Shown here piece by piece: positions 30,795 to 32,000 of a stretch of 32,000 nucleotides of DNA (the stretch's first letter is position 1; every line of letters begins with the position of its first letter). Source of the stretch: Pantoea alhagi (GTDB lineage: Bacteria > Pseudomonadota > Gammaproteobacteria > Enterobacterales > Enterobacteriaceae); NCBI RefSeq assembly GCF_002101395.1, contig NZ_CP019706.1, positions 21,126 to 53,125 on the forward strand, read 5' to 3'. The translations under genes and the position numbers were made by a program. A model generated the notes under the pieces. The model saw nothing but the letters and a program-made list of their open reading frames with translations. It was not told the DNA's origin and ran no database searches.

Positions 30795-31103
30795 TTCCCG
30801 TCACCACTGTCAGATCTGTTGATTATGAATAGGCTATCGGTTTTATCACTGCCTTCGGCATGCTGCAAACATTTATCCGGGCGCGATCACATTTTCCAGT
30901 GGCCTGTCGCAACAGCTTGTATGGCGAAAGCAAAGCAGCACGATATTTTGTGAGGTTCCGCGCTGAGTGAAATTATTGAACCAGTAAGAAAATGGTAATT
31001 TTGCCATAATAGCAGCGACGAAATCGCCGTCCGCCAATAGCGCCAGCGCCGGAAAGTCCGTATCATTGCGCGCTTTACGCTCAACCAACATATAGTAGGC
31101 TAC

Positions 31104-32000
31104 ATGACTCAAACCTTTATCCCCGGCAAAGACGCCGCGCTGGAAGATTCCATTACCCGCTTCCAACAGAAGCTGCAGGACTTTGGTTTCAATATTGAAG
31201 AGGCCTCCTGGCTGAATCCCGTGCCCCACGTCTGGTCGGTGCATATTCGTGACCGCGATTGCCCGCTTTGCTTTACGAATGGTAAAGGCGCAAGTAAGAA
31301 AGCTGCGTTGGCCTCCGCGTTGGGTGAGTATTTTGAACGCTTGTCGACAAACTATTTCTTCGCTGATTTCTGGTTAGGCGAGACGATCGCTAACGGCGAG
31401 TTTGTTCATTATCCCAATGAAAAATGGTTCCCGCTGCCGGATGATGACAGCCTGCCGGAAGGTATCTTAGATCCGCGCCTGCGCCAGTTTTACGATCCGG
31501 AAAATGAGCTGAGCGCCAGCGATCTTATCGATTTGCAGTCAGGTAATGCCGAGCGCGGGATCTGTGCCCTGCCCTTTACCCGTCAATCTGACGAGCAGAC
31601 GGTGTACATTCCGATGAATATCATTGGCAACCTGTATGTCTCTAACGGCATGTCCGCAGGCAATACGCGTAATGAAGCTCGTGTACAGGGCCTCTCGGAA
31701 GTGTTTGAACGTTATGTGAAAAACCGCATTATTGCAGAAGCGATCAGTCTGCCGGCGATCCCACAAAATGTCCTGGATCGCTATCCGGGCGTTGTTGAAG
31801 CCATCAATAGTCTGGAAGCAGAAGGTTTCCCAATTTTTGCTTATGACGCCTCGTTAGGCGGCAAATATCCGGTTATTTGCGTCGTGTTATTTAATCCGAC
31901 CAATGGCACCTGCTTCGCTTCATTCGGTGCTCATCCCGATTTTGGCGTGGCGCTGGAGCGTACCGTAACGGAGCTGCTGCAGGGTCGTAGCCTGAAGGAT
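31104..32000 (+). CDS. ycaO: YcaO-domain protein, N-terminal 299 codons; the gene continues beyond the right window edge
   Basis: My own translation from the ATG at 31104 reads MTQTFIPGKDAALEDSITRFQQKLQDFGFNIEEASWLNPVPHVWSVHIRDRDCPLCFTNGKGASKKAALASALGEYFERLSTNYFFADFWLGE...FGAHPDFGVALERTVTELLQGRSLKD. It is near-identical to remembered E. coli YcaO. It is not in the ORF track because it has no stop codon in the window. Confidence 0.93.
   Translation, partial: MTQTFIPGKDAALEDSITRFQQKLQDFGFNIEEASWLNPVPHVWSVHIRDRDCPLCFTNGKGASKKAALASALGEYFERLSTNYFFADFWLGETIANGEFVHYPNEKWFPLPDDDSLPEGILDPRLRQFYDPENELSASDLIDLQSGNAERGICALPFTRQSDEQTVYIPMNIIGNLYVSNGMSAGNTRNEARVQGLSEVFERYVKNRIIAEAISLPAIPQNVLDRYPGVVEAINSLEAEGFPIFAYDASLGGKYPVICVVLFNPTNGTCFASFGAHPDFGVALERTVTELLQGRSLKD

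Noticed and set aside
30672-31244. Three ORFs touching the serC-ycaO gap (93 aa on +, 65 aa on -, 123 aa on -) as candidate novel small proteins or a ycaP remnant.
   Set aside because: The 93-aa ORF starts inside serC on the antisense strand. The 123-aa ORF is mostly antisense to the ycaO N-terminus. The 65-aa ORF uses a TTG start without an SD. None resembles YcaP or has a convincing composition.
31104-32000. ycaO as a marker of a RiPP, azoline or thioamide biosynthetic cluster.
   Set aside because: The N-terminal 299 residues are near-identical to the stand-alone E. coli YcaO, the type linked to RimO-dependent ribosomal protein S12 modification. The gene sits at the conserved serC-proximal locus. 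No precursor peptide, dehydrogenase or TfuA-like partner is visible upstream, and the downstream side lies outside the window.

Overview
This window looks like ordinary, fully syntenic core chromosome of an Enterobacterales genome. It matches, in inverted orientation, the E. coli K-12 block pepN-pncB-asnS-ompF-aspC-ycbL-ycbK-ldtD-mukBEF-smtA-elyC-kdsB-ycaR-ycaQ-lpxK-msbA-ycaI-ihfB-rpsA-cmk-aroA-serC-ycaO. I call 25 protein-coding genes, two of them cut by the window edges (pepN and ycaO). Each call rests on protein similarity recognised from memory, catalytic motifs read directly in the translations, and conserved gene order. Several ORF-track entries carry false 5' extensions (pncB, ldtD, mukE, mukF, ycaR, cmk); I trimmed these to the homology-supported start codons, most of which have a Shine-Dalgarno sequence. 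Non-coding features include hairpin/U-tract terminators, the conserved ompF OmpR-box and MicF-target region, the Shine-Dalgarno-less rpsA leader, and seven exact Chi octamers. I saw no rRNA, tRNA, CRISPR array, IS element, transposase, integrase, prophage, toxin-antitoxin or defence-island-like content. Every ORF of about 180 aa or more is either a recognised housekeeping gene or an antisense or out-of-frame shadow of one, and the largest unexplained non-coding gaps are about 200-310 bp. I therefore do not find a credible undescribed system here. The findings below are low to moderate interest: three K-12 genes (ycbJ, ycaL, ycaP) are absent at otherwise conserved junctions, there are chains of overlapping start and stop codons, an OmpF surface loop is expanded, a hairpin covers the ycaI ribosome-binding site, and Chi sites are skewed by strand. 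Divergence from E. coli together with the missing genes suggests a non-Escherichia genus, possibly Erwiniaceae such as Pantoea or Erwinia; this is inference only.
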